From contig OZ250150.1 in the NCBI GenBank assembly GCA_965237675.1, positions 5,312,001 through 5,376,000 on the forward strand: 64,000 nt of DNA, in the 5' to 3' direction. A program made the translations under genes and the position numbers. Below are positions 9,208-19,785 of this stretch, piece by piece. The notes under the pieces were generated by a model. It was given only the letters and a program-made list of their open reading frames with translations, searched no databases and had not been told where the DNA came from. This DNA is from Candidatus Latescibacterota bacterium (GTDB lineage Bacteria > Latescibacterota > UBA2968 > GCA-2709665). Every line of letters starts with the position of its first letter. Position 1 is the first letter of the stretch.

Positions 9208-12200
9208 CTATTCGCCCGTGTCCGTTACGGCGATGTTTACGACAAGACTCACGCGTCCGCCCTGGCCGTCGCTGGCCCGCACGATCACCGAATATCCCCT
9301 CTTTTCTTCGAAGCCATACGTCCCCTTCGCGAGGATCTGCCCGGTGCTCGGATCAATGTCGAAGTGATCCGCATCGGCGCCCCACAGGCTGTACGTGAGC
9401 GCATCGCCGTCGGGGTCGGCAGCAGTGACGGGGCCCCCTATCGGCTGTCCCTCCGGCGTGTTCTCGGCCACGGAACGCGTCACGGGCAATGCCAGGGCGA
9501 AAACAGGAGGGCGGTTCACCGTATCGCCGAAGCCTTTGGCAAAGATCACGAAATCGTCAAAACCGATCCCGCCGTCGCCGTTCAAATCGTTTTTTGCGTC
9601 ATACTTCCCATCACCCTCCTCGCTGCCGAACACGCCCGCGAACCGCACAAAGTCCGCAAAGGCCACCAGACCACTCCCGTCGAAATCAGGAGACGGCGGC
9701 GCGGCCGCTTGCAAGGCGACGCTCACGGAACGTGTCATCGCCTCCGGATGCTCGCCTCGGACGAGGTCCGCGCCAGCAAACCAAATCTCCGTCTCCGAAA
9801 ACGCATCCGTCGTTCTAAACCGTAGCGTACCAACCAACCCGCTGTCGACCGTCGCTTGACCGCCCAGGGACGCAATACCAATCTCCACAAATGTTGAATC
9901 CTGCTTCACCAGCGCATGGACGCTCGGCAAGGCATCCGCCACTTCGAAACCGGAAAAGACAACCTGGGTCGAATCGTATTCCACGCGCAGGGAAAGACTG
10001 CGCGTATTCCGGATATCCGCGCCGAATACCTGAATGGGTACAACGCCACCGGGCGAAACGACAATAGACGAGACGAATTGATCCCTTTCGGAACCATCCA
10101 GATCCAGCGAAAGAGAGAAAAGGTCATACAGGATCAGGATTTCGGTCCTGAACGTTCCCACGGCCGACCACTCGCTGTCGCCCGCAGAACTGCTCGACCG
10201 TATCTGCACTTCGTATTCCGTGTCTGGGTCCAGCCCCTCAATCGTCGTGCTCGTCCCCGCCACGTCCTGAGGACCGTCCGTGAACGCCCCCTCACTACCC
10301 ACCCGGTAGCGCAGGTCATAGCTCGTGATGGGCGGCCCGTCATCGTCGGGCACCTTCCAACCCACCGTCACGCTCGTCGTCGACGTCTCCGTCACCTCAG
10401 GCTCGACAGGTGTCGGCGGCAGCGGCGGGGTCCTCACGGGACTCAGCGCCGACCACTCACTGTCGCCCGCGGTGCTGCTCGACCGCACCTGCACTTCGTA
10501 TTCCGTGTCGGGGTCCAGACCCTCAATGGTCGCGGTCATCTCAGTTACATCCTGAGGACCGTCCGTGAACTCCCCTTCGCCGCCCTGCCGGTAGCGCAGA
10601 TCGTAGCTCGTGATGGGCGGCACGCTGTGGGCTGGCGCCGTCCAACTGACCGTCACGTTTTTGGCCGACGTTGTCGTCAACGTCGGCGCATCAGGCGCGG
10701 GTGGCCGTCGATCCGGCGGCGGCGGTGGACGCGGAGGAGGTTGCGGAGGTGACGAAGGGGGTGATGGCGGTGGTGGTGGCGGCGGTGGCGGCCGTGGTGG
10801 CGGCCGTGGTGGCGGCGGGGGGAGCAATTCCAGGGCGTCGCTGAAGACCCATGGACGGGCCTGCTTGATCGCCAGGATGTTGTCGCTGGTGATCTTGAAC
10901 TCGATCTCCATGGCGAACGGTTCCTCGGGTGCAGGGTTGTACAGTGTCTCGAAGTGGTCATGGATCACTTCAAGATGCTGGCGCAACTGATCCAGTTGGT
11001 CTTCGCTCATCAGCAGTTGCCCCGGCGGCACCTGGTTGGAGATGCCAAGAACGGAGTAACCACCGAACCCGTGCAGCAGGATTTCCTCCGGTACCGAGTG
11101 CGCTTCGGGATTGGTGACCAGGTCCTCGCCGAGCTGCGTGTTGACGTAGTAGCTCCCCGCTCGGCCGTAGAGGAGGTCGAAGCTGACAGCCACGCCGTTG
11201 GCCAACTCGTCGGTGTAGTTGGGATGCACCAGCACCCCCATCGCCGCCGCCAGGTGGGTCGATGCGATGGAACTCCCGTTCGATGAAGGCGCGGAAGGTC
11301 CACAGACTGGCGAACACCTGCTTGAGCGACTTATCAATGCCATCTTCCTCAGTCTCGTCCGGCTTCTGGGTATTAGAGTCATACAGCCCCGCGCCATTGA
11401 ACCCGGGTAAATCCTCGTTGTTGGTGCTCGACCGATAGCGTAAGGACTGTCCCGCCGGAAACGTCTCGTGCATGGCGGTCAGTGCGTCGATGATCCACTG
11501 CGGCGAATCGGCGTCTATGATGGCGTCGCGCAAGACATCAAGCAGGACATCCTGGACTGCAAATTTGGTCTGGAAATTGGCGTCAGCCAGCATGGTCTCA
11601 ATGCGGGTATAGAATCCGTGGGTCTTCATGAACTCGTCGTAGAAATAGAACGGGATCGCAAACCCATCCGGAACGGTCCCTGACGGAAAGCCCAGCGTTC
11701 TCAGCACGGCCACGTTGGCGGCTTTGACGCCGAATGCCTTCCAGTCATTGAAGCCGATCTGACTGAGGGGCGTGATCGTCGTAACCGACAGATCCCGTTC
11801 CGGCGTCTGTGTCTGGGTAGGCCGGGAAGACTCGTAGTGCTCGTTCACTACCGTAAGGGTGGCGGCGCGCAACTGCCAGCCACTGTCGGTCACCTCGTAC
11901 CGGACGTAGTTGCCAATGAGAGACGAGATAGAGGATTCGTCGAGAGCGTCTCGTATGAAGGCGTTGGGGATGCCATCCTTCATGGCGCGCAGGTTGACGT
12001 GCGAGAGTGGCGTCTGGGGCACGGCGGAGATGATGCCGGCCACGCGGGGCAACTCGTTGGGCAGTGCCTCGTAGATCACGATGTCGCGGGGGTGGGGACG
12101 GTCTTCCGGGTCCAAGACTTGCAGCCGGCCGTACCCTTCCCCCGGGTTCAACGCCAGGAAGGTCGTTTCACGGAGAATGTCTTCCTCGAACAGGAGGTCG

Positions 12201-13069
12201 ATCCGGGATGCCTTGTACAACGGCAAGTCGGCTTCGTAATACCGAAGCGCCCACTCCGGTATATACAAGGCCAAGTTGTCCTCAAGCAGTAGGATGCTGG
12301 CCGCGATCAGGGTATAGACGAGCGCTTCATAGCTGAAGGTGGGCGATCCTCATTCAAGCCAGTTGTAATAGAATCCCTGGCTGCGATTAGGGACAACAAA
12401 TTGCGGGTCATAGACCACATTACCGACGATCGCGTTGCCCTGCTCAAGCCCTACAGCATCCAGGAAGGATTGATGGACCGGATGCGTACCGGCGTTTATG
12501 AAGTAAACACCCGGGGCGTCGGTGTCTATGTCGAACAGCACGAACTTGAGGGTCGATGTGCCGCCGGAATAGAAGGAGAGCGTCCCGAATGTCTCCCGAT
12601 CGGGAACGGCCACGGCGCCATCGCTGCGATCGATGGCGGCGGCGGGGTTCACCGGGTTCATGCTCCCCAGGTTGTCGAGTTCGGTGAGGTCGTCGATGCA
12701 ATCGCCATCGACGTCGGCGGGATCGGCGACGAGGTACTTCTCCACCCGGTAGCGCTCCTTGGGCAGCGCTTCTACGTTTTCGGCCAGCGTGGTCGTGCCC
12801 GCCTCTCCCAACATCACCAGAACCGGCAACTCCACTTCGGTGCCGTCCACATCGTGCTTCACATAGAGCACGAAGTAGTTCGCAGTCGTGGAGTTGACCA
12901 CGATGGGAACCGCCGTCACCTCCACCTCCACAGGCGTCGGGTTATAGCCGCCGCCTGAACACGGATCCGGATCGGGATCACTCTGCCCGATAGCGGGAGC
13001 GGCCAGAGCCAACGCGGCGGCCTGTAACACAGCAACCGCCGCAATGAACCGAACGCTTGTCAATGACAT
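9208..13069 (-). pseudogene. Large exported protein: signal peptide, PEP/pyruvate-binding (PPDK_N-like) domain, Pro-rich linker, 2x FnIII, cohesin-like, dockerin-like EF-hand pair, cadherin; two frameshifts
   Basis: GVKAANVA, VPDGFAIP, RYRSSTNNEDLPGFNGAGLYDS, KQVFASLW, then MGVLV...EIEFK...IKQARPW. Shifts near 12350 and at the G-run 11256-11258 (HRID/HLAAAMG). Confidence 0.8.
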
Positions 13070-13397
13070 GTCACTTGCTCCGTTGCTGACAACTGCGAGA
13101 GAATAGGCGTTTTCCACATTCGTTGCGTTTTTGTCAGCAGAAAAACTCGCCAGTTCAGGAGATACATTAGGTATACAAAAATCGTTCCAACTTTTCAAAA
13201 AAACGGCTAACTGATTGCAGACGAAGGAATTGGAGCATACGGGGAACGATTCAGATTTTTTTGGGCTGTTGCAGAATGAGCGTGATAAAGCGCGCAGGGA
13301 ACGCATGTCCGCTCAGGTGGTGGTATATTGATGAGATGAAAATACCTGCTTGGAGGAAAACCCATGTTGACGCCAGGGTCTAAAATTCTCGTCGGGT

Positions 13398-13637
13398 TCA
13401 AACCGGCAGCGGCAGATCCAGAATAGGAACCTTCGCAAACCTTTTCGGCTCTGGCATACGAATCAAAACGTCGTCCATTGCCTGGTCCACGGCTGCCTCA
13501 AAGAATACCCCACCACAGGCCGCACATACCAGGGCGGGTACATTTTCAAATCGGTACGTTTTGCCTTCCCATTCCTGGTCATAGTAAGGCAGCGATTTCG
13601 GGTGGAGCGAACCACCGCAATAGCCGCATTCGTCCAT
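13398..13637 (-). CDS. YgiT-type zinc finger protein (putative antitoxin)
   Basis: CGYCGG...FENVPALVCAACGGVFF; directly downstream of the DUF4258 gene. Confidence 0.85.
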   Translation of the reverse strand: MDECGYCGGSLHPKSLPYYDQEWEGKTYRFENVPALVCAACGGVFFEAAVDQAMDDVLIRMPEPKRFAKVPILDLPLPV

Positions 13638-13641
13638 GGGG

Positions 13642-13959
13642 TTATCTCCTCCGTGTGTGCCAGTTGATCCACTTATCAGGATCGTACCAGTGCACCGTTA
13701 AAATAATTGCGCGTTTTTGCCGGGCATTATAACCACAGGCGACGTAGAGGGGTTTTCCAGGTCGCACTGGATGCATAAACAGACATTTAGCGTGGGGTGA
13801 AGCATTCGGGCTCTGCTCAACGACCTCTCCCTGCAAGATCGTTTGTGTAATCTCACGATAGGTCATCCCCCGCTGGTTCTTCCGCTGTCTGGCATGACGA
13901 GAGATGATATAGTTGTTTCGAGCAACCGCCTTGCGAATTTCGTCGATAAAATCAGGCAT
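13642..13959 (-). CDS. DUF4258 family protein (putative toxin)
   Basis: YIISRHARQR...ILQGEVVE...PLYVAC...IILTVH.YDPDKW pattern; usual pairing with a YgiT finger. Confidence 0.8.
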   Translation of the reverse strand: MPDFIDEIRKAVARNNYIISRHARQRKNQRGMTYREITQTILQGEVVEQSPNASPHAKCLFMHPVRPGKPLYVACGYNARQKRAIILTVHWYDPDKWINWHTRRR

Positions 13960-13976
13960 AGATCACCAGTAGTAGA

Positions 13977-14004
13977 AATATAGCGGGGAGGGCTAAAAAG
14001 TCAA
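13977..14004 (-). promoter_or_regulatory. Sigma70-like promoter for the DUF4258-YgiT operon
   Basis: TTGACT-N16-TATATT on the minus strand just upstream of ATG 13959. Confidence 0.5.
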
Positions 14005-14014
14005 GAAAGTGTGT

Positions 14015-14091
14015 CGGCGCGTACCTCAGTCCGGTAGAGCGCCTGCTTCGGGAGCAGAAGGCCGGAGGTTCAAATCCTCTCGCCCCGACCA
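14015..14091 (+). tRNA. tRNA-Pro(CGG), possibly degenerate
   Basis: 77 nt; anticodon loop TT-CGG-GA; T-arm GGAGG-TTCAAAT-CCTCT; ends CCA. C:C mismatches in the acceptor and D stems. Confidence 0.8.
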
Positions 14092-14096
14092 TTGAG

Positions 14097-14134
14097 AACC
14101 CCCTGCAAGAACAGTTGCTTGCAGGGGGGTTTTT
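14097..14134. terminator. Hairpin AACCCCCTGCAAG...CTTGCAGGGGGGTTTTT after the tRNA
   Basis: GC-rich inverted repeat with T-tract between convergent genes. Confidence 0.7.
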
Positions 14135-14173
14135 CGATGATTTTGAACCGGGATCGACTAACGAGCGCGCATG

Positions 14174-16573
14174 CTATTCGGCAACATCGGTGACGGCGAT
14201 GTTCACGACAACGTTGACGCGGCCGCCCTGACCGTCTCTGACGCGGACGATTACGGCGTATCCCTTTTTCTTCTCAAAGTCGTACGTCCCCTTCGTGAGG
14301 AGCTGACCGGTGCTCGGGTCGACGTCGAAGTGCTCCGCATCCGCGCCCCATATGATGTACATTAGAGTATCGCCATCTTCATCTGCCGCCACGACGGGAT
14401 CCCCGATCGGCTCTCCGGCCGGTGCGTTCTCAGCCACGGAACGCGTCACGGGTGGCGCAAGCGCGAACACCGGCGCACGGTTGACCGTTTTGCCGAAGCT
14501 CTTCGCAAATATCACGAAGTCCTCAAAACCGATCCCACCGTCGCCGTTCAGATCGTATCTCTCCACGTACTTCACGTCACCCTCGTCGCTTCCGAACGCA
14601 CCCGCGAACAACACAAAGTCGGCAAAGGCCACCGTCCCGGTCCCGTCGAAATCCGGAGAAGACGGCGCAGCAGCCTGCAGGACAATGCTCACGGAACGCG
14701 TCATCGCCTCCGGATGTTCGCCACGGGTCAGTTCAACACCCGCCAGACGGACCTCGGTCTCTGAAAACGCGTCCGTGGTCCTGAAACGCAACGTGCCCAC
14801 CAGCCCGCTGTCGACCACCGCACGACCACCCAGCGACGCAATGCCTATTTCCACAACGGTCGAATCCTGTTTCACCAGCGCATGCGCGATGGGCAGAACA
14901 TCGGCCACGTCAAACCCCGCATACGCAACCTGTGTGGAATCGTATCCCACACGCACCGAGAGACTGCGCGTATTTCGAATATCCGCGCCGAACACCTGTA
15001 TCGGCACCACGCCGCCGGGGGAGTCGTGCAGCAGCCAGACGTATTGATGCCCCGCTGAAGAATCCAGGTCCAGCGAAACAGAGAAAAGATCATAAAGAAT
15101 CAGGACCTCCGTCCGCGCCATCACCAGGGGCGCCCACTCACCGTTGCCCGCCGCGCTGCTCGACCGTACCTGCACCTCGTATGCCGTGTCCGGTTCCAGA
15201 CCCTCGATGATCGCGCTTGTGCCCGCCATGTCCTGAGGCCCGTCCGTCCATGCCCCGTCGCTGCCCACACGGTAGCGTACGTCGTAGCCTGTGATGGGCG
15301 GGCCTTCGGCTGTCGGCGCCGTCCAACCAACCGTTAAGCTGCTCGACGACCTCTCCGTAACACCCGGGTCAACCGGAGGTAGCGGCGGCGCAGCCGTCCG
15401 CACCGTGCTCAGCGCCACCCACTCGCTGTCGCCCGAAGAGCCGCTGGAACGTACCTGCACCTCGTATGCCGTGTCCGGCTCCAGACCCTCGATGATCGCA
15501 CTCGTTCCCGTCACGTCCTGAGGCCCCTCACCCCATTCCCCTTCGCTACCTATCCGGTAGCGCACGTCGTAGTTCCTCACGACAGGACCGCCACCGCCCG
15601 GCGCCGTCCAGCCGACCGTCATACTGGTCGTCGACACTTCCGTCACGGTGGGTGCAACCGGTGGTGGTGGCGGTGGTGGTGGCGCACTGACCGTCACTCG
15701 CACCCCACTGGAGCAGTTGTTGCCCGTGTCCGATTCTCCAGAAACCGCGTCCACGCACGCGCCATAGTAGTACGTGCCAGCATTCGACGGCGCCGTCAGC
15801 TTAATCGTTGCCGCGTAGCCTTGCGGGCGGTCAAGCGCTCGCACCGCGTCCGTGCCGATCTCGGTGTCGGAGGTCGTGATTGTCGCGTCCGTCGAGCGGT
15901 AGTACCGCACCGTTGTCGCCGCCGACCGCCCGTCACCCTGATTAGTCACTGTCACTATAAACCAGAACGACCCGCCCGTCTCCGGGTTGCTGTTGCTCAC
16001 ATTTGGCCCCAGCCCAATCAAGTCCGGCGAGGCGGATTCTGTTTCTGTTCCGATTGATGTCGCTGTGAATTCGGCCACCTTACTTCCCGCCGCGGAACCG
16101 CTTTGAAGGGTCACCGTGAAGTTGTCGGTGCTAGTTCCGCCGAGGAGAAGCTCGATGGAGGTCAGGGTGTAGCCGGCGGCGTTGGTACCGGTGCGGAACC
16201 CCTGTGCCGTACCGTCCGCGAGCACTGCAGCTATTGTTTGGAAAGGCTGCCGGAGTTTACTCACCAGCACCTTCGGTGTCTGGGCGTGGGCTACGTCCCC
16301 GCCGAACAGGAACACCGCGACCGTGGGACCGATCAATGTAAACAGGGCCGACGCCCGTCGCCATAGGCCGCACAGCAGCAACCATGAAATCTCGGAGTCG
16401 CATCTATACCGCCGCATCGCTGTGGCCAACACGCGCCTCCACACGCATTGGGACAGCATCCCTTGACCGTGAAAACCCCAATCCCACATCACGTTCAACA
16501 ATGCAACCATCGAAATGCCTCCCTTGGGCTTTTTACAACTGGATAATTCAGATAATAAGAGGTTGTTTTTCAA
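14174..16573 (-). CDS. Surface protein: CARDB-like Ig domain, Pro linker, 2x FnIII, cohesin-like, dockerin-like, cadherin (start uncertain)
   Basis: TVTNQGDG...YYYGACVDAVSGESDTGNNCS (CARDB-like); LEPDTAYEVQVRS (FnIII); PDFDGTGTVAFADF / DLNGDGGIGFEDF; VAENAPAGEPIG...DFE (cadherin). Confidence 0.85.
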   Translation of the reverse strand: MKNNLLLSELSSCKKPKGGISMVALLNVMWDWGFHGQGMLSQCVWRRVLATAMRRYRCDSEISWLLLCGLWRRASALFTLIGPTVAVFLFGGDVAHAQTPKVLVSKLRQPFQTIAAVLADGTAQGFRTGTNAAGYTLTSIELLLGGTSTDNFTVTLQSGSAAGSKVAEFTATSIGTETESASPDLIGLGPNVSNSNPETGGSFWFIVTVTNQGDGRSAATTVRYYRSTDATITTSDTEIGTDAVRALDRPQGYAATIKLTAPSNAGTYYYGACVDAVSGESDTGNNCSSGVRVTVSAPPPPPPPPVAPTVTEVSTTSMTVGWTAPGGGGPVVRNYDVRYRIGSEGEWGEGPQDVTGTSAIIEGLEPDTAYEVQVRSSGSSGDSEWVALSTVRTAAPPLPPVDPGVTERSSSSLTVGWTAPTAEGPPITGYDVRYRVGSDGAWTDGPQDMAGTSAIIEGLEPDTAYEVQVRSSSAAGNGEWAPLVMARTEVLILYDLFSVSLDLDSSAGHQYVWLLHDSPGGVVPIQVFGADIRNTRSLSVRVGYDSTQVAYAGFDVADVLPIAHALVKQDSTVVEIGIASLGGRAVVDSGLVGTLRFRTTDAFSETEVRLAGVELTRGEHPEAMTRSVSIVLQAAAPSSPDFDGTGTVAFADFVLFAGAFGSDEGDVKYVERYDLNGDGGIGFEDFVIFAKSFGKTVNRAPVFALAPPVTRSVAENAPAGEPIGDPVVAADEDGDTLMYIIWGADAEHFDVDPSTGQLLTKGTYDFEKKKGYAVIVRVRDGQGGRVNVVVNIAVTDVAE

Positions 16574-16674
16574 ACAATTTATGGCTAAAATACAAGCGAT
16601 GACAATTTAAAAAGAAACGACCGTGGCAAAAAATAATAAACGATATTGAATTTGCAAGCAAAACGTGCAAGCCT

Positions 16675-16830
16675 GTGGAGGGGGACTTTGACGGCGGCGT
16701 GTTGATGCTGCGTTAAGTGGAGTAGCGCATCGGCATTGTGGATCGAATCGTTGGGGCGTTGTGTGACGGACGTCACCAAAGTTATCTCACGCATTCTCAT
16801 CGAGACCTAGTCAGTAAACCCGTGTTCCAG
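16675..16830 (+). pseudogene. Possible remnant of an IS66-family transposase C-terminus
   Basis: Across several frameshifts it reads roughly GG.TAAVLM...SA.HCG.N.W...TDV...THSHRDL, resembling TnpC C-termini. Highly degenerate. Confidence 0.3.
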
Positions 16831-17194
16831 ATCGCTGTCGGGTATGTGAAAGCCAATAACAGTATCGCGCTTCGATCCGAGCCTGCGCTGAAAGCCGCGT
16901 GCGAGTGGTTGCCCATTCATGGGGAGGACGTGTCTGCGGCATGGTGAACCTCTTTAATTCTCATCAAGATAATGTGAAGATGGGTGTCCACCAAATCGAG
17001 TCAATTCCAACGACTCCGCCCTTGATTGAATCGGACTATCTTTACGCGGAGTCCAGGAACGCACATTATGTGCTTGTAGCAATTTCCTTATTCCAGAGAT
17101 CCCGCAAAGCTTGCTCGGACTGATCATTGACAGCCACGTACGATTGCAATATACTGTTGCGATTCCAATCCAAAGCTATCTTCCGGAGCGCGAT

Positions 17195-17593
17195 ATGGTA
17201 TGGATTCTCGTATTTCTGTCGGCAATTTCAGCAGACGAGCGGAAACCGTGGATGTCCGCCAGGTACGAAGCGACCGTGGTTTCCGTCTACGATGGCGACA
17301 CCATCACCGTCGACGTGGTCGTCTGGCCGGGCCTGACCTGGCACGGCAAGGTGCGCGTGAGGGGTGTGGACACGCCGGAGATCCAGACGAAGAGCAAAGC
17401 AGAGAAGAGACGCGCATTGCTGGCGCGCGACTTTGTCCGGGAACGGATCGGGAAAACCATTTACCTGGAAAACGTGAAACTGGGCAACTTCGCGGGGCGT
17501 GTCGTGGCGACCGTCCGGCTGAAGGATGAGTCCAATCTCGCGAAGATCTTGATACGGGAAGGGCACGGGAAGGCCTACAAACGACGACGATAA
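17195..17593 (+). CDS. Thermonuclease (staphylococcal nuclease-like) family protein
   Basis: VVSVYDGDTITV, VRVRGVDTPE, GRVVA and LIREGHG motifs; exact start uncertain. Confidence 0.85.
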   Translation: MVWILVFLSAISADERKPWMSARYEATVVSVYDGDTITVDVVVWPGLTWHGKVRVRGVDTPEIQTKSKAEKRRALLARDFVRERIGKTIYLENVKLGNFAGRVVATVRLKDESNLAKILIREGHGKAYKRRR

Positions 17594-17628
17594 ACGGCCG
17601 AGAGGTAAAACGTGAGGGGCCGCAAGGC

Positions 17629-17807
17629 GGGCGGTTCGCGAACCGCCCCTACAAATGCAACTCCCGCGGGGACACGCGGGCGACCCGTGGGTCGCCCCTA
17701 CAAATCCAACATGGACGCGGCGTAGTCCTCTTACCTCTGCCGTCTTACCTCTTGCGCTTTACGTCCCGATAAAACGTACCGCAGGGCGGTTCTCGAACCG
17801 CCCCTAC
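17629..17807 (-). repeat. Cluster of three GTAG-class REP-like palindromes
   Basis: GGGCGGTTCGCGAACCGCCCCTAC (17629-17652), GGGCGACCCGTGGGTCGCCCCTAC (17678-17701), GGGCGGTTCTCGAACCGCCCCTAC (17784-17807). Confidence 0.8.
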
Positions 17808-18547
17808 TTGAGCGATATGATTTCGCGCTGGGACGGGATGAGGCGGTCGGCGAAGCCGGGGCTGAAACGCAGATGCTGCCCGCCCCAATCGGGCATATAG
17901 CCAATGCTGTAGCAATAGTAGAGGGTGCGGCGCGGACGTCCGGACACGTTCACCGTGGAGCCGTGGGTGAGCGCTTCGGTGAACAGGATGACGTCGCCGG
18001 CACGCGCCGGCACCGCCCGTAGCGGGGGAATTTCATCGGGATGGCTGCCCCAGGGTCTCGCGAAATTGCTCTTGTGCGCCCCTGGGATCACGGCGAAGCA
18101 GCCGTCTTCGGGTCCGCAATCGAGCATCGGGAACACCGCCTTGGTGAGCGTCGACACCATCTGGCCGTTGCGGCAGTGGTACTGGCATTTCGGGATAATC
18201 GGCGTACCGTGCATGTGCATACCGGTATAGCCGCCGCCCCACCGATAGATGGTGTAGGTGTGGTTGAGACGGTACGGACCGCCGGTAACGCATTCGACGG
18301 CGCCCAGCAATTCGGGCAGGTTCATCAACGGAACCAACGCGTCGTCGCCCTCGATGATGTTCGAAATGTAGAGGTTTTCGGGCGAACGCTCCTGGCCGAG
18401 GACCAGCGGCGGGGGGTAATCCGAGGGGTCCATCGTCTCGAACCGGTCCAGCGCGGCGTTGCAGGCCGCCACCAGCGTCGGTGGTACGACCTGCTCCAGG
18501 ACAACGTAGCCCTGCAGGTCGAAGAGATATTTCTGTTCCGGGGTCAT
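17804..18547 (-). CDS. Phytanoyl-CoA dioxygenase (PhyH) family protein
   Basis: FDLQGYVV, DGCFAVIPGAHK, AGDVILFTEALTHG, RRTL. Confidence 0.88.
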   Translation of the reverse strand: MTPEQKYLFDLQGYVVLEQVVPPTLVAACNAALDRFETMDPSDYPPPLVLGQERSPENLYISNIIEGDDALVPLMNLPELLGAVECVTGGPYRLNHTYTIYRWGGGYTGMHMHGTPIIPKCQYHCRNGQMVSTLTKAVFPMLDCGPEDGCFAVIPGAHKSNFARPWGSHPDEIPPLRAVPARAGDVILFTEALTHGSTVNVSGRPRRTLYYCYSIGYMPDWGGQHLRFSPGFADRLIPSQREIISLK

Positions 18548-18597
18548 CTCGCCTCCTCATTTTCCGGTTTAGCCAACCATTCGCCCGGAGGAATCCA

Positions 18598-19779
18598 ATG
18601 TCCAATCCGAACGTTCAACCGCTCGCCCAGGATTTCGTCATTGCGGCGCGCGTGCCCGATCCGGCGCGGTATTTCTTCCACGACCCCGATCTCGCCCGCC
18701 TGGACGACGGCACGCTGCTGCTCGCCGCGCCTCAGTGGAACCGTCCGGGGTGGGATTTTTCCCGCCGGCTGAGACTCCTCCGCAGCGAGGACGGAGGCGC
18801 CACATGGGAGGAGCTTCCCGGCTTGCCCTACGAAGAGGCCACCCCGTTCGTGCTGGACGGGCAACTCCTCATGTTTGTCCAGGAAAAATGCCACAAAGAC
18901 TTCCTGGTCGTGACCAGCGATGACAGAGGGAAGACCTGGTCCGATCCCCGGACGGTCATCGAGGGACCCATCTGGAACATCTCCACGTCTCGCGTTCTCC
19001 GTCCGGAGGCCCTATACTGGGCAATGGACTACGACCTGCCAAACCAGGGACACGGCGGCAAAACGATGCTCCGTCTAGACAGGAGCATGTCGCCCCTCGA
19101 CCCGGGAGCATGGAGCCTTTCCAACATCGTGACCCAGCCGGAAATCCCCGCCGCAATGACCCGCAATCTCTTCCCCGACGGCAAACGCCCGCAGCTTTCC
19201 GGCGGGTGGCGAGATCCCCTCGTCTGGCTGGAACCCAACACCGTCGAGGTCAAAGGCCGTATCCGTGCGTTCTGCCGCTGCGTTTTCGACGAATACGCCG
19301 CCGCCCACATTGCCGCCGTCTTCGACTACGATCCGGAGGCGCACCGCTTGAGCTTCACGCAATTTGCGGCCTGGCCCGGCGCACAGTGCAAGTTCTACGT
19401 CATTCACGATCGATCAGAATCCATGTACTGGATGCTGAGCAACCTCATCACCAACTCCCAGGACATTCTGGGCTGGGGCGAGCGGATGCGCGAATCCGGC
19501 TATCATGGAGGGCCCGGCAACGAACGGCGATGGTTATACCTGCACTACGGCATCGACTGCCTCAACTGGTTCCCGGCCGGTTGCGTGGCCCGCTGGCCGG
19601 ACAACGTCTACCGCAGCTTCATGTATCCCAGCGCCGTCGTGGACGGGGACGACTTCGTTGTGCTCTCGCGCACAAGCCGGGATTCGGGCGACCAGCACGA
19701 CGCCGACCTCTGCACCATCCACCGCATTCGAGACTACCGCAGCCTGGCCATGGACCTCCACGCGGGCGGTCTTCACTGA
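18598..19779 (+). CDS. Sialidase-like / BNR (Asp-box) repeat protein
   Basis: Asp-boxes SEDGGATW and SDDRGKTW; GGAGG ribosome-binding site before ATG 18598. Confidence 0.75.
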   Translation: MSNPNVQPLAQDFVIAARVPDPARYFFHDPDLARLDDGTLLLAAPQWNRPGWDFSRRLRLLRSEDGGATWEELPGLPYEEATPFVLDGQLLMFVQEKCHKDFLVVTSDDRGKTWSDPRTVIEGPIWNISTSRVLRPEALYWAMDYDLPNQGHGGKTMLRLDRSMSPLDPGAWSLSNIVTQPEIPAAMTRNLFPDGKRPQLSGGWRDPLVWLEPNTVEVKGRIRAFCRCVFDEYAAAHIAAVFDYDPEAHRLSFTQFAAWPGAQCKFYVIHDRSESMYWMLSNLITNSQDILGWGERMRESGYHGGPGNERRWLYLHYGIDCLNWFPAGCVARWPDNVYRSFMYPSAVVDGDDFVVLSRTSRDSGDQHDADLCTIHRIRDYRSLAMDLHAGGLH

Positions 19780-19785
19780 GCCCGG

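Noticed and set aside
10710-10822. GGC/GGT tandem repeats as a CRISPR array or non-coding repeat
   Set aside because: They encode the poly-proline linker on the minus strand and have no repeat-spacer structure. No CRISPR array or cas gene was seen in the window.
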